From NCBI GenBank assembly GCA_018669975.1, contig JABHSK010000002.1:5535-69534 (forward strand): a DNA stretch of 64,000 nt, read 5' to 3'. Of the stretch, positions 19,988 through 30,412 are shown piece by piece (the first letter of the stretch is position 1; each line of letters starts with the position of its first letter). Source of the stretch: Candidatus Parcubacteria bacterium. Its GTDB lineage: Bacteria > Patescibacteriota > Patescibacteriia > UBA1558 > GWA2-36-10. The notes under the pieces were generated by a model, which was not told the DNA's origin, ran no database searches, and was given only the letters and a program-made list of their open reading frames with translations. Position numbers and translations under genes: made by a program.

Positions 19988-20596
19988 TTATTTTTGTATT
20001 TTAAGTTTTCCCTGCCTTAGAACTTCCATTTGATTATTAAAAAATTTAATAATAGTTGAAGGTGGATTTTTAGGTAGAGTTCCAGCATTTATAAATAAAT
20101 CTGGCTGGATTGCAGATTTAGCAAATTGTTTTTTAATATCACTAGCACTGTAAGAATCCCCAGTAGAAGCTATATTGGCTGAAGTCGATACCAGTGGACT
20201 TCCTAAAATAGTAACTAAATCTTTAGCAAAAGGATGACTAGATACACGTAGGGCTAAAAAATCATCGCAATGCTCCTGCCACTTACAATATTTAAATGGT
20301 AGCACCAAAGTCAGCGGTCCAGGCCAATACTTACCAGCCATGCGCCTAGCTGATTCAGAAAAGTCCACTAAAGATGTAGCATAAACTAAATCTGAAACCA
20401 AAACTGGCAAAGGAAATTTTCTAGCTCTATTTTTTATATTGTATATTTTATCAACAACTCGAGCATTATAAAAATCAGCACCCAAACCATAGGAAGTTTC
20501 AGTGGGGTAAACCACCACTCCTCCTCCACGGATAACTTCCAATGCCTCCTGTAAAACACTGGCACGATTTGCACTTGATAATTTTACTTCTTTCAC
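19988..20596 (-). CDS. tsaC: L-threonylcarbamoyladenylate synthase (Sua5/YrdC)
   Basis: YPTETSYGLGA, KNR, WPGPLTLVL, STSAN, STII, LRQG. Confidence 0.95.
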   Translation of the reverse strand: MKEVKLSSANRASVLQEALEVIRGGGVVVYPTETSYGLGADFYNARVVDKIYNIKNRARKFPLPVLVSDLVYATSLVDFSESARRMAGKYWPGPLTLVLPFKYCKWQEHCDDFLALRVSSHPFAKDLVTILGSPLVSTSANIASTGDSYSASDIKKQFAKSAIQPDLFINAGTLPKNPPSTIIKFFNNQMEVLRQGKLKIQK

Positions 20597-20615
20597 GTCT
20601 AAAAAAAATTAATTA

Positions 20616-21779
20616 TTATTTTAATAACATCACAAACCAAGCTAAAATGGCTGCTACTATAAAAGCTGCCTGCAAAGGGAAAAATACCAACAAAATAGCA
20701 ATCACTATCAAACTAAGCACCTTACCAGCATGAATAGCCATTTCCTTTATTAAGGTATATTCATCGATATAATGCCCTCTATCGGCAGCTTTTTCATAAA
20801 CTAAGGTCTCTATAGATGTCCTTAATACTATACTAGCTAAGGTATGATACAGGGAAGATAGGAATACTTGCATGGCTGTGCCAACCGCTATTTTTATCAA
20901 CCATGCGCTAGAATTTAAGACAGTACCTATTTTTACTAGTTTAGTTTTTTTTATTCTGTCCAATAAATTACCGATAAACAATCGAAGAATTAGACCCAAA
21001 AGTAAAATAGCACCAGTCAATAACCCTAAAGCTTTAAATTGTTCATCTAAAATACTAAAAATAAACAATGGCCAAAATAAACCATTAATAGTCGTTACTG
21101 CTCCATCAGACATATATGCCACTACCATACGGCGATTGAATGGATGTACGAGGTATTTAAAGGTCTCTTTATATGTCCAAGTAACTTCTTCCTTTACTGT
21201 TGGTAAAAATGCAAAAGGAATCAACGAAAATATACAAACAAACAGAGCAATAAGTGCTAAAGTACCAAAGTCCCATCTATCCAGAACAAAACCACCAATC
21301 ACTGGTGCAATAATAGATAAAAAAGAAGCTGCTGACCAAATTACACTAAATTGTTTACCACGATTTTTTTTGCTAGAAAATTTAGCAGAATCCGTTTGAA
21401 ATGGTAGCCAAAAAAAACTACGAATTGCTATTAAGAAAAAAGCAGACAAAATAGCATACTTAACTGGATCTTCAGGTAATTTATAAAAAGCAAGTAAATA
21501 AGGAATTCGCAAAACCACCCCAATGATTAAACTAGTTTTGAGTCCAATTATATTCATCACCCTAGCTGTCCAAGGTACCAAGAAAAAATAACCAAAAGAT
21601 ATAGAGACCCACCAAGCGATAACTGCGTGGATACTACCCAACTCTTGATACAAAAAGATTGGCAAAAATAATCCAAAAATATTAAGACCAAAATCTAGGG
21701 TCATCTTACCTGCCCATAAAGATAGCAAGTCTTTAGAAAAACCTAATTTTTTGTAGTCATCTACTAAATGAAAATGCAT
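20616..21779 (-). CDS. MFS transporter, paralog-like to 18801..19982
   Basis: About 12 TM helices; shared layout (F(Y/F)W..(H/Q).D.A.FS, YEKA). Confidence 0.85.
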   Translation of the reverse strand: MHFHLVDDYKKLGFSKDLLSLWAGKMTLDFGLNIFGLFLPIFLYQELGSIHAVIAWWVSISFGYFFLVPWTARVMNIIGLKTSLIIGVVLRIPYLLAFYKLPEDPVKYAILSAFFLIAIRSFFWLPFQTDSAKFSSKKNRGKQFSVIWSAASFLSIIAPVIGGFVLDRWDFGTLALIALFVCIFSLIPFAFLPTVKEEVTWTYKETFKYLVHPFNRRMVVAYMSDGAVTTINGLFWPLFIFSILDEQFKALGLLTGAILLLGLILRLFIGNLLDRIKKTKLVKIGTVLNSSAWLIKIAVGTAMQVFLSSLYHTLASIVLRTSIETLVYEKAADRGHYIDEYTLIKEMAIHAGKVLSLIVIAILLVFFPLQAAFIVAAILAWFVMLLK

Positions 21780-21797
21780 GGGGTATTTTTGTTTTTA

Positions 21798-24632
21798 TTA
21801 TTTTACTACGATGCTGATAATTCTATTTTTAATATGAATAAATTTTATCAGTTCCTTGTCCTCAATATATTTTTTTATTTTATCCTGCTCTAAAATTTGT
21901 TTTTTAATGTCTTCACTAGGCTCAGTGTCATGTGGTAGTTCAATTTCACTACGAACTTTACCATTAACCTGAATTCCAATGGTCACCAGCTCATCTTGAG
22001 CTAATTTAGCATCGTATTTAGGCCATTTTTCATGGGCCAAACTATCTTTGTGTCCCAATTCACTCCACAACTCCTCAGCCATATGTGGTGCAAAGGGTGC
22101 TAATATTAATACAAATTTTTCAAACACCTCGTTGTTTATTTTGTCTTGTTTTTCCAAAGCATTTGCCAAAATCATCAATTGGGCTATAGCTGTATTAAAA
22201 CGCATAGCTACAATATCTTCACCAACCTTCTGAATGCTCTTATGTAAAACATTGTTAATGTCTACATTATCAGCTTTTTCATCTAGCTTGTCCTGCAAAT
22301 CCCAAGCTCTATTTAAAAATCTATAAATACCAGCTACACCTTTATCGTCCCAAGCAATTGATTGATCAAACGGACCCATAAACATTTCATACATCCGCAC
22401 AGTATCTGCACCATACCTACTAACATAACTATCGGGATTAATAACATTGCCCTTAGATTTTGACATCTTGATGCCACCCTCACCTAAAACCATACCCTGA
22501 GCAGTACGCTTTTTGTATGGTTCACTACCAACCTTCTTTGGTATTACTCCAATGTCATATAAAAATTTAAAAATAAAACGAGAATACAGGAGATGCAAGG
22601 TAGTATGCTCCATGCCACCATTATACCAATCAACTGGCAGCCAATACTCGGCTTTTTTCTTATCTATTAACTCCTGATTATTTTTGGGGTCACAAAAACG
22701 AATAAAATACCAGTTAGACCCAGCCCAATTAGGCATTACATCAGTTTCTCTTCTTGCCTGACCACCACAGGACGGACACTCTGTTTTTACCCAGTCCTCT
22801 GCCTTGGCTAATGGTGATTGACCATCATCGGTTGGCTTAAAATCTTTAATATCTGGCAACTCAATCGGCAAATCATCCTCAGCCACTGCCACCCAACCAC
22901 ACTTATCACAATTAACCATCGGGATTGGCTCACCCCAATAACGTTGGCGAGAAAAAATCCAATCATGCAATTTATAATTAACAGCAGCTTTACCTAATTT
23001 ATTTTTTTCAAGCCACTTAATAATTTTTTGTTTAAACTCTGCTGTCAACAAACCATCAAATTCACCAGAATTAATAGCTCGACCCTCACCACCGTAGGCT
23101 CCATATTTATCTAAATATATCAATATACCTATTTTATTATACTCATGACTTACACTCTGTAAAGCTTCTTTTTCACTCAACCAAATTATTTCATGTTTAG
23201 CCTTTTCTGTATCAGAAATATCTTGAGCTGACTCGTCATCTAGTTCTAATAAAATAGGATTGTCCACTCGATAACGCCAAACGTCTTTATTTTCAGCATA
23301 AAAATGCTCCTCTGTTTTATTACCCAATCTTTTTATTGCCTTTGCTTTATAGCCAGTTTCTTCAAGAACTTCCCGTTCAGCAGCCTGCTCTGGTGTCTCT
23401 CCTTCTTCTATACCACCAATGACAGGTGCTAACCAATTAAATTTTTTCCATTTGAGTAATAAAAATTTGCCATCTGACTTACGTTGTATGGTAGCTGAGA
23501 TTGTCTCCCTATATTCCTCGCCATCTCTAACTTCACCGTCGACTGGCATCACCACATCCCTAATTTCGATGTTATATTTTTTAGCAAATTCATAATCACG
23601 TTGATCGTGACCTGGTACAGCCATAATCGCCCCCGTACCATAGCTCATCATCACATAGTCAGCTACAAAAATAGGTATCTCTTCATTGTTTACCGGATTA
23701 ATAGCTTTAAGACCTTTTAATTCAACACCTGTCTTGTCTTTATTTAAATCTGCTCTTTCTAAATCAGATTTCTTTTTAGCTGCAACAATATACTTTTTGA
23801 CTTCTGCTAAATTACTAATCTTGCCTTCCAATTGATGGATAGCTATGTGTTCTGGTGCTACCACCATAAAAGTAGCTCCAAATAAAGTGTCTGGTCGAGT
23901 AGTAAAAACTTCTAGTATTTCCTGACTGTCTTTTATTTTAAATTGCACTTCTGCACCTTCGCTACGACCAATCCAATCTACTTGCTGTTTTTTTATTTGT
24001 GGTAAAAAGTCTACTTGTTCTAAATCATTTATCAATCTATCAGCGTATTCTGTAATCTTGAGCATCCATTGCTCTTTTTCCTGTTTAACCACTTCCCCAC
24101 CGCAACGTTCACAGGCACCACTAACCACTTCTTCATTGGCTAGACCAATTTTACAAGAAGTACACCAATTAATATTTTCTTTAGCTTTATAGGCCAGTCC
24201 TTGTTTGTGCATTTGGATAAAAATCCACTGGGTCCAACGATAATAATCTGGATCTGTGGTAGAAAAACTTCTATCCCAATCAAAACTTAAGCCGATGTCC
24301 TTCATCTGCTTTATGTAGTTGCTTATATTTTTTTCAGTAGTTATTTTGGGTGGTGTATTTGTTTTAATAGCATAATTTTCGGCTGGCAAACCAAAAGCGT
24401 CAAAGCCCATTGGATACAATGTTTGAAATCCCTGCATGCGTTGATATCGACATAATACATCCATAGCAGTATAAGAACGTAAATGTCCGGTATGTAAACC
24501 ATCCCCAGAAGGATAGGGAAATTCTACTAAGCCATAAAATTTTTGTTTGCCTTTATCATCAACTAAAAAAGTATTGTTTTCGTCCCAATACTGCTGCCAT
24601 TTTTTTTCAATAGTATCTGCTTGGTATTTCAT
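21798..24632 (-). CDS. leuS: Leucine--tRNA ligase with inserted Nudix domain
   Basis: FPYPSG..LHTGH (HIGH), GFDAFGLPAENYA, FTTRPDTLFG, SRQRYWGEPIP, KMSKS; internal Nudix box GGIEEGETPEQAAEREVLEETGY. Confidence 0.97.
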   Translation of the reverse strand: MKYQADTIEKKWQQYWDENNTFLVDDKGKQKFYGLVEFPYPSGDGLHTGHLRSYTAMDVLCRYQRMQGFQTLYPMGFDAFGLPAENYAIKTNTPPKITTEKNISNYIKQMKDIGLSFDWDRSFSTTDPDYYRWTQWIFIQMHKQGLAYKAKENINWCTSCKIGLANEEVVSGACERCGGEVVKQEKEQWMLKITEYADRLINDLEQVDFLPQIKKQQVDWIGRSEGAEVQFKIKDSQEILEVFTTRPDTLFGATFMVVAPEHIAIHQLEGKISNLAEVKKYIVAAKKKSDLERADLNKDKTGVELKGLKAINPVNNEEIPIFVADYVMMSYGTGAIMAVPGHDQRDYEFAKKYNIEIRDVVMPVDGEVRDGEEYRETISATIQRKSDGKFLLLKWKKFNWLAPVIGGIEEGETPEQAAEREVLEETGYKAKAIKRLGNKTEEHFYAENKDVWRYRVDNPILLELDDESAQDISDTEKAKHEIIWLSEKEALQSVSHEYNKIGILIYLDKYGAYGGEGRAINSGEFDGLLTAEFKQKIIKWLEKNKLGKAAVNYKLHDWIFSRQRYWGEPIPMVNCDKCGWVAVAEDDLPIELPDIKDFKPTDDGQSPLAKAEDWVKTECPSCGGQARRETDVMPNWAGSNWYFIRFCDPKNNQELIDKKKAEYWLPVDWYNGGMEHTTLHLLYSRFIFKFLYDIGVIPKKVGSEPYKKRTAQGMVLGEGGIKMSKSKGNVINPDSYVSRYGADTVRMYEMFMGPFDQSIAWDDKGVAGIYRFLNRAWDLQDKLDEKADNVDINNVLHKSIQKVGEDIVAMRFNTAIAQLMILANALEKQDKINNEVFEKFVLILAPFAPHMAEELWSELGHKDSLAHEKWPKYDAKLAQDELVTIGIQVNGKVRSEIELPHDTEPSEDIKKQILEQDKIKKYIEDKELIKFIHIKNRIISIVVK

Positions 24633-24753
24633 AGTTTTTTACCGCAATTATAACCAAATTTTAGCATTACATAGCCAAAAAATCAAATACAAAGAAAGCT
24701 CTTGACTGTTGTTTTTTCTTCTGTTATGTTATTATTTATACTATTAATATAGC

Positions 24754-26139
24754 TTGATATTTAACCAAAGTAATATTAGTCTATTTGTACAAAAAATAAT
24801 AAATAAACTAGCCATAAAAACAGCTGATGGATTAATTTCGCTCAAGAAAAAAGCGATATCTGGAGCAAAAATATTTGGCATTGGCATATTATTAATAGGA
24901 AAATTTACCATATTTCCTATTATTTTGTTTAGCTATAAAAACATCTTGCGTATCAAGATTAAAAGCAAAAATCTTAATATCAAAAATCTTAATTATATAA
25001 TTTTTTTAAAAAAATACCTACCGCGTATTGGTGTAGCCACAGTATTATTAACTGTTGCCACTAATGGTATTGTCGCTCAAAGTTATAGTGCTGATGAATA
25101 TGCCAATCGCACCCTCCTCTCCACCCTAGTTCAAGCTGACGAAGAACAATGGAGTGAAATAATAGAAGAAAAAGGTCCGGCCATCAACCAACCACGTGTG
25201 GTTAGCTATCTGCAAGACCAGGGCAATGTACAAGAAATAATTATCGATAGTCCCTTAGAGGATACTAGTATAAATACTGGTAGTACGGATGTATCACCAG
25301 ATTCAGCCAGTCTAGTTTTAATTAATCCTGAAGATACTGAATCCAGTGAAGCTCAAGATGACCCTACTGCCATAAGGAAAGAAACCATTACCTATGTGGT
25401 TCAACCTGGTGATGTTCTAGGAAAGATAGCTCAAGAATACGGCATTAGTGTCAATACTATTCTTTGGGAAAATGATCTCAGCTGGAATAGCACCATTAGA
25501 CCAGGTCAAAAACTAAATGTTCTAGCAGACTCTGGTATAAATTATGAGATTAAATCTGGCGATACTGTCTTAGCGATTGCCAAAAAATATCAGACTGAAG
25601 CCAAGGAAATTGTAGAAATCAATAAACTAGCTGACGCTGGTGATATACAAATTGGTGATCTACTATTTATCCCAAATGGTGTTAAGCCAACTGCAGTTGT
25701 TTCTTCATACAAGCCTAAACCTGCTCCTGTATCTGCCTATAGTGATAAAGTAGTCCCTCCAGCCGCCGATACTAATACTGGCACTAAATTCCTTTGGCCT
25801 TTAACCAGTCATCGTATCACCCAGTATTATCACTGGGGACACAGTGGCTTGGATGTTGGCGATAAAACTGGCAATCCTATCTACGCAGCCGAAGCCGGTA
25901 AAATTGAACGATCCGGCTGGTCTAGGGGTTATGGCTACAATGTAGTTATCAACCACGGCAATGGCCTCAAAACTATTTATGGTCATGCTAGTCAACTTCT
26001 AGTAAAGGCCGGTGATTCTGTTGCTCGTGGAGAAACCATTGCTCTAATTGGTAACACTGGCTGGTCTACTGGACCCCATCTTCACTTTGAAGTTCGAGTT
26101 AATGAAGTTAGAAAAAACCCTTTAAACTATATTAAATAA
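24754..26139 (+). CDS. M23 family peptidoglycan endopeptidase with two LysM domains
   Basis: LysM YVVQPGDVLGKIA and YEIKSGDTVLAIA; HSGLD and TGPHLHFEV Zn motifs; start uncertain. Confidence 0.92.
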   Translation: MIFNQSNISLFVQKIINKLAIKTADGLISLKKKAISGAKIFGIGILLIGKFTIFPIILFSYKNILRIKIKSKNLNIKNLNYIIFLKKYLPRIGVATVLLTVATNGIVAQSYSADEYANRTLLSTLVQADEEQWSEIIEEKGPAINQPRVVSYLQDQGNVQEIIIDSPLEDTSINTGSTDVSPDSASLVLINPEDTESSEAQDDPTAIRKETITYVVQPGDVLGKIAQEYGISVNTILWENDLSWNSTIRPGQKLNVLADSGINYEIKSGDTVLAIAKKYQTEAKEIVEINKLADAGDIQIGDLLFIPNGVKPTAVVSSYKPKPAPVSAYSDKVVPPAADTNTGTKFLWPLTSHRITQYYHWGHSGLDVGDKTGNPIYAAEAGKIERSGWSRGYGYNVVINHGNGLKTIYGHASQLLVKAGDSVARGETIALIGNTGWSTGPHLHFEVRVNEVRKNPLNYIK

Positions 26140-26196
26140 ACTATTCAAATTAAAAAAACAGCCACTCTATCGAGCGGCTGTTTTAAAATATCACTA

Positions 26197-27876
26197 TTAA
26201 TTACAAGTACTCATGCCACCCTTATTAATTCGGAAATTCCAATCACCTGGACACAAGCAATGTTCTATATCCGGCAAACAAGCTCCTGGATCAGCAGTAA
26301 CGTCCCAATTACAATCATTTTCACTACAAGTAAATAAATCAGTATGCATTAAACATTCTTCTTCCGTTTTTGGTACTGGCAATACCCACTCTCCACCAGC
26401 ATCTGCGCAAGATACCTCCGACATTCCCAAGGTGTCTAGGCCATCAAATGGGTCCAAACTACCACCCATCAGTTCCTCCATTTTAGCTTCATAAAATTCT
26501 TGATCAAGCTCGCCGTCGCCCAAAGGATTATAACCATTATCTACTTCCTCACCATCTGGATATCCGTCTCCATCAGTATCAGGATTATTTGGATCTGTTT
26601 CAAATAACATAGTTTCAGCTGAGTCTGGCAATCCATCTCCATCTGTATCTGTTTGATCCATCATAGCAGTCATAACATCCTCATTAATATCTACACCCAT
26701 CATATCTGAGGCTACTCCGGCCATTACTTGACTTATAAGCTGCTCAACTGTAATAGTTTTATCTGGTACCTGGATATTGATTGGCTCAGCTGCATAAAAC
26801 ATGCTCTCTACACTAAAAGTCAGCGTACTTTCTGGTTCACTATCATTTGGTAAAGCTAAATTATAAGCAGCTATTTCAACGCCCTGCAAAGCCTTGGTCT
26901 TGGTATTAACCCAAGCATAAATATCTATCTGTGCTAAAGCTCTCTTCATGTCAGCCCAATCTTCTGGCTCTTCCTGTTGAAATTTAAGAAATTCCTCTTG
27001 CATACTCTCTTTAGTCTTAGCCCTCTCATTATCTGGTATATCAAGATAGGTATCAAAGTGTTCTGTTATCACTAACATTAACTCTCCCAATTTATTTGGC
27101 TTAATATTATATTGAATCTTTTTTAATTTACCATCTGGAGTTTCCATGGTCTGATGTGGATCACTAATCACAAAGGCTTTTACATCCTTTATTTTCTCCA
27201 TTAATTCCCCTGTACTTTTTTGAAACTCTTCCATCTGTGCATTATAGTCTTCCTCTGGCTGCTGCATTTGAGGGTTGAGTGCATTCAAGCTATCTGTATT
27301 GAACTCTATCCAATCTTTACCAAGCTCTATAGGAAAAGGCAAACCCAAATCATCTAAACCACTAATATTCGGCTTTATATAAAAAGTCTCCCCTATTTTC
27401 TTATATTCCATAGCTAAATCCAGTCGTATTTCTTCACTAGCATCAACAAAATAATTGGCCTCCCCTGTAAAATTTGTGCCCACTGTGTGTTGCTTTGCGC
27501 TTCCACTAAATTCAACCTTTTGACTAATAGGCATCAACAGCTTAACTGCATTCTCTTCTGCTTGAGTCATCCTTAAAGCAAAAGATGTTTCAGTTTTAAA
27601 ATTAGTCAATGTACTACCCCAATTCCAAACCATTTGATTATGCAATAATAGTGCTTGTCCTTTGGCATAATACCACCAGCCACCTACACCCAGCAAAACT
27701 ATAACCACAATAGGTACAATTATCAACCAAAGTTTTTTGCCTTTACCACCAGAATATTCTGGTGGTGGTGCCTGAGCTATCGGCTGAACCTGCGGCGGTG
27801 TTTGTACAGGCTGAGGTTGTGGTGCCTGGGCTATCGGCTGCTCACTTGCATTTACTGCGTTGTTTTGATTCTCCAT
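26197..27876 (-). CDS. Membrane-anchored protein with TSP3-like Ca-binding repeats and Cys-rich C-terminus
   Basis: Q/P-rich N-terminus, one TM helix, DTDGDGLPDSAE..TDPNNPDTDGDGYPDGEEVDNGYNP. Confidence 0.8.
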   Translation of the reverse strand: MENQNNAVNASEQPIAQAPQPQPVQTPPQVQPIAQAPPPEYSGGKGKKLWLIIVPIVVIVLLGVGGWWYYAKGQALLLHNQMVWNWGSTLTNFKTETSFALRMTQAEENAVKLLMPISQKVEFSGSAKQHTVGTNFTGEANYFVDASEEIRLDLAMEYKKIGETFYIKPNISGLDDLGLPFPIELGKDWIEFNTDSLNALNPQMQQPEEDYNAQMEEFQKSTGELMEKIKDVKAFVISDPHQTMETPDGKLKKIQYNIKPNKLGELMLVITEHFDTYLDIPDNERAKTKESMQEEFLKFQQEEPEDWADMKRALAQIDIYAWVNTKTKALQGVEIAAYNLALPNDSEPESTLTFSVESMFYAAEPINIQVPDKTITVEQLISQVMAGVASDMMGVDINEDVMTAMMDQTDTDGDGLPDSAETMLFETDPNNPDTDGDGYPDGEEVDNGYNPLGDGELDQEFYEAKMEELMGGSLDPFDGLDTLGMSEVSCADAGGEWVLPVPKTEEECLMHTDLFTCSENDCNWDVTADPGACLPDIEHCLCPGDWNFRINKGGMSTCN

Positions 27877-27894
27877 AAATATTATTAAATTTTA

Positions 27895-28908
27895 TTAAAA
27901 AATATTAAATAATTTACCAGCAAAGGTAAAATAAATAAGTATAAACATCAGTGCTTCCGTTCTGGTCATTTTTTTATCTATAAATGCTAACCACATCAAG
28001 AAGAATGCGCCAACTAAAAATGATCCCAAGAGCATAAACATTTCTTTACTAATGGTTAATTCAGTAAATAAACCAACAGCACCAAAAATAACAAATAAGT
28101 CAAAAATATTAGACCCTATAATATCTCCAATCACCATATCAAAATTACCTCTACGCGCAGCTGAAGTGGCTACTAAAATTTCAGGCAAAGATGTGCCTAG
28201 GGCTACTATAGTGGCAGCTATTACTGAAGTGCCAATTCCCAACATTTGAGCAATATGAATAACTGAATCTACTACAAATTTTGAAGAAAAAGATACCACT
28301 GCTAAACTAATAACTAAAAACAAAACAATTTTAATAATTGGCCTATCTTTTTTAGTTTTAATTTTCTCCTTTTTCTCTATTTCAGAGACTTCACTCTTTA
28401 TCTCTTTTTTAAGTTGCTTTTCATATTCCTCTTTGACACTCTCCTTGGCTGATTTCTGAATATGATAAGCATAAATAATGTAAACGATATAACCCACTAG
28501 AAAAATGCATGCTTCTATTATATTAAATTTTCCGTCAGACAAAGCAATGATAAGTAAAAAAATAGCTGCCCCAAAAAATGGCAGATCATTAGATACTATA
28601 TCCCAATTAAAAATTGCTTTTCTTTTACTAAATAAAACCGCTATACCCAAACCTAACAATATATTAACTATCACTGTACCTATCACATTACCAGCCAAAA
28701 ATTCTACCTCGCCTTGATATACAGCAAAAATTGAAGTGGTTAACTCAGGTAGAGATGTACCAACTGCTACTATCAAAACACCAACAATAAAATTAGGTAG
28801 TTTTAAAAGCTTACCTAATTCCTCAGCATAATCGGTAAAGTAGTCAGCTGACTTGATAAGCATCCACAAGCTAGCTGCAAAAACTATAAGCCAAATCATC
28901 ATAAACAA
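27895..28908 (-). CDS. Ca2+/Na+ antiporter (CaCA/YrbG family)
   Basis: Two alpha repeats: GTSLPEL..GNVIGT and GTSLPEI..GDIIGSNIFD. Confidence 0.93.
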   Translation of the reverse strand: MFMMIWLIVFAASLWMLIKSADYFTDYAEELGKLLKLPNFIVGVLIVAVGTSLPELTTSIFAVYQGEVEFLAGNVIGTVIVNILLGLGIAVLFSKRKAIFNWDIVSNDLPFFGAAIFLLIIALSDGKFNIIEACIFLVGYIVYIIYAYHIQKSAKESVKEEYEKQLKKEIKSEVSEIEKKEKIKTKKDRPIIKIVLFLVISLAVVSFSSKFVVDSVIHIAQMLGIGTSVIAATIVALGTSLPEILVATSAARRGNFDMVIGDIIGSNIFDLFVIFGAVGLFTELTISKEMFMLLGSFLVGAFFLMWLAFIDKKMTRTEALMFILIYFTFAGKLFNIF

Positions 28909-29005
28909 TCTTTATTAAAAAATTCATTTATATTTTACCATAAAACTGTCTTTTTTAAAACTAAAAACCCCCACTTGATGGGGGTTTTTATATTTTACAA
29001 TAAAA

Positions 29006-30328
29006 TTATTTAACTGGGACTTCCTCTGCTTTAACTTGTTTCATTACTTCTTTCTCAAACAATATTGCACCCAAAACAGTTACTAGAATAACACCCAGTA
29101 AAGCGGCAGCGGCAAAAGTCTCATCTAAAGCATGATTAGCTAGAGCAACAGCTACAAAAACTAAGCCAACTTCACCACGAATAGACATGGCCAAACCAAC
29201 TAATTTTCCTTCTTGCTTATTCTTAAATAAATATTTAACAATATACTTACCAGCAAAACCAAGCACAGTAAATAAAATAGCCCACATCCAAACCTTAAAA
29301 TCAGTTAATGCGGCTCGTGGTAACATGGTACCAATACTGACTAGGAACCCACCTACAAAAATATGCATGTAGCCTTCAATTTTATCCCAAGCTCCGTGTT
29401 TAATTTCATTATCAACTTTTGATAAAACTACACCGATACCAAAAGCACCCAAAACAGGCTCTAGACCTAGCAAGGCTGCTGCAGAGGCACCTAACATTAG
29501 CATGCCAAAGAAAAATCTAGTAAATACACCAGTGCTATTATTACTATACTGTCTGTTCAAATAAGAAGCGATCTTATCAGCTATACCCATACTCCACAAA
29601 GCATATGTAGCTACCAAAAATACCACTACACCAATAGCCAACATTACAAAAGGATTCATACCACTAGCTTCGACTGCATGCTCACCAGCTCCAGTAGAAG
29701 ATAATTTAGCTAAAACAGTTAAAATAATAACACCTAAAATATCATCAATAACTGCTGCACCAACAATCTGATTACCAAGGTTAGTTTCCAATTTACCAGC
29801 TCGCTTCAAAGCTTCTACTGATAGACCAACTGAAGTAGCCGTAAAGATACCGCCTAAGAAAATACTTGGTACTAAACCTAAGTCTAAAACATAATATCCT
29901 AAAGCTGCAAAAGATAATAAGGGTATTAATACACCACCAAAAGCTACAGCGCTAGCAATACCAATATTCTTTTTGAGCAACTCCATATCAAAATGAAGAC
30001 CAGCCTCAAATAATATAAATAACACACCAATTAAACGGGCCAACTCTACGCCGACAGCATCTGGCTGTAAAACACCTAATACTGCTGGACCAGCAATAAT
30101 ACCCATGATAATTTTACCAGCCATTGGAGCTATACCCATAGCCTTGGCTAGGCGACCACCAAAAGTGGCAAACAATGCTAGAAATGATATATCAATCAAG
30201 ATCGGTAAGTAAGTTTTTACTTCGTGATGATGACTGAGTACTAATTTTTCTTTAACAAAATATAAAATCACTGAAATAACAGCGACTTCTAGGACAAAGA
30301 AAAACAAACCTTTTAATTTCTGATTCAT
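29006..30328 (-). CDS. Cation:proton antiporter (CPA2/NapA-like)
   Basis: LFEAGL, ATSVG, AAVIDDILG, LGAF, RGEVGL. Confidence 0.92.
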   Translation of the reverse strand: MNQKLKGLFFFVLEVAVISVILYFVKEKLVLSHHHEVKTYLPILIDISFLALFATFGGRLAKAMGIAPMAGKIIMGIIAGPAVLGVLQPDAVGVELARLIGVLFILFEAGLHFDMELLKKNIGIASAVAFGGVLIPLLSFAALGYYVLDLGLVPSIFLGGIFTATSVGLSVEALKRAGKLETNLGNQIVGAAVIDDILGVIILTVLAKLSSTGAGEHAVEASGMNPFVMLAIGVVVFLVATYALWSMGIADKIASYLNRQYSNNSTGVFTRFFFGMLMLGASAAALLGLEPVLGAFGIGVVLSKVDNEIKHGAWDKIEGYMHIFVGGFLVSIGTMLPRAALTDFKVWMWAILFTVLGFAGKYIVKYLFKNKQEGKLVGLAMSIRGEVGLVFVAVALANHALDETFAAAALLGVILVTVLGAILFEKEVMKQVKAEEVPVK

Positions 30329-30412
30329 ATTTATTTTTAATCTGATTAATTAATAATTTATAATAAAAACAGCAATAGTATACACTATTGCTGTAGAAAA
30401 ATCAAGTCTATT

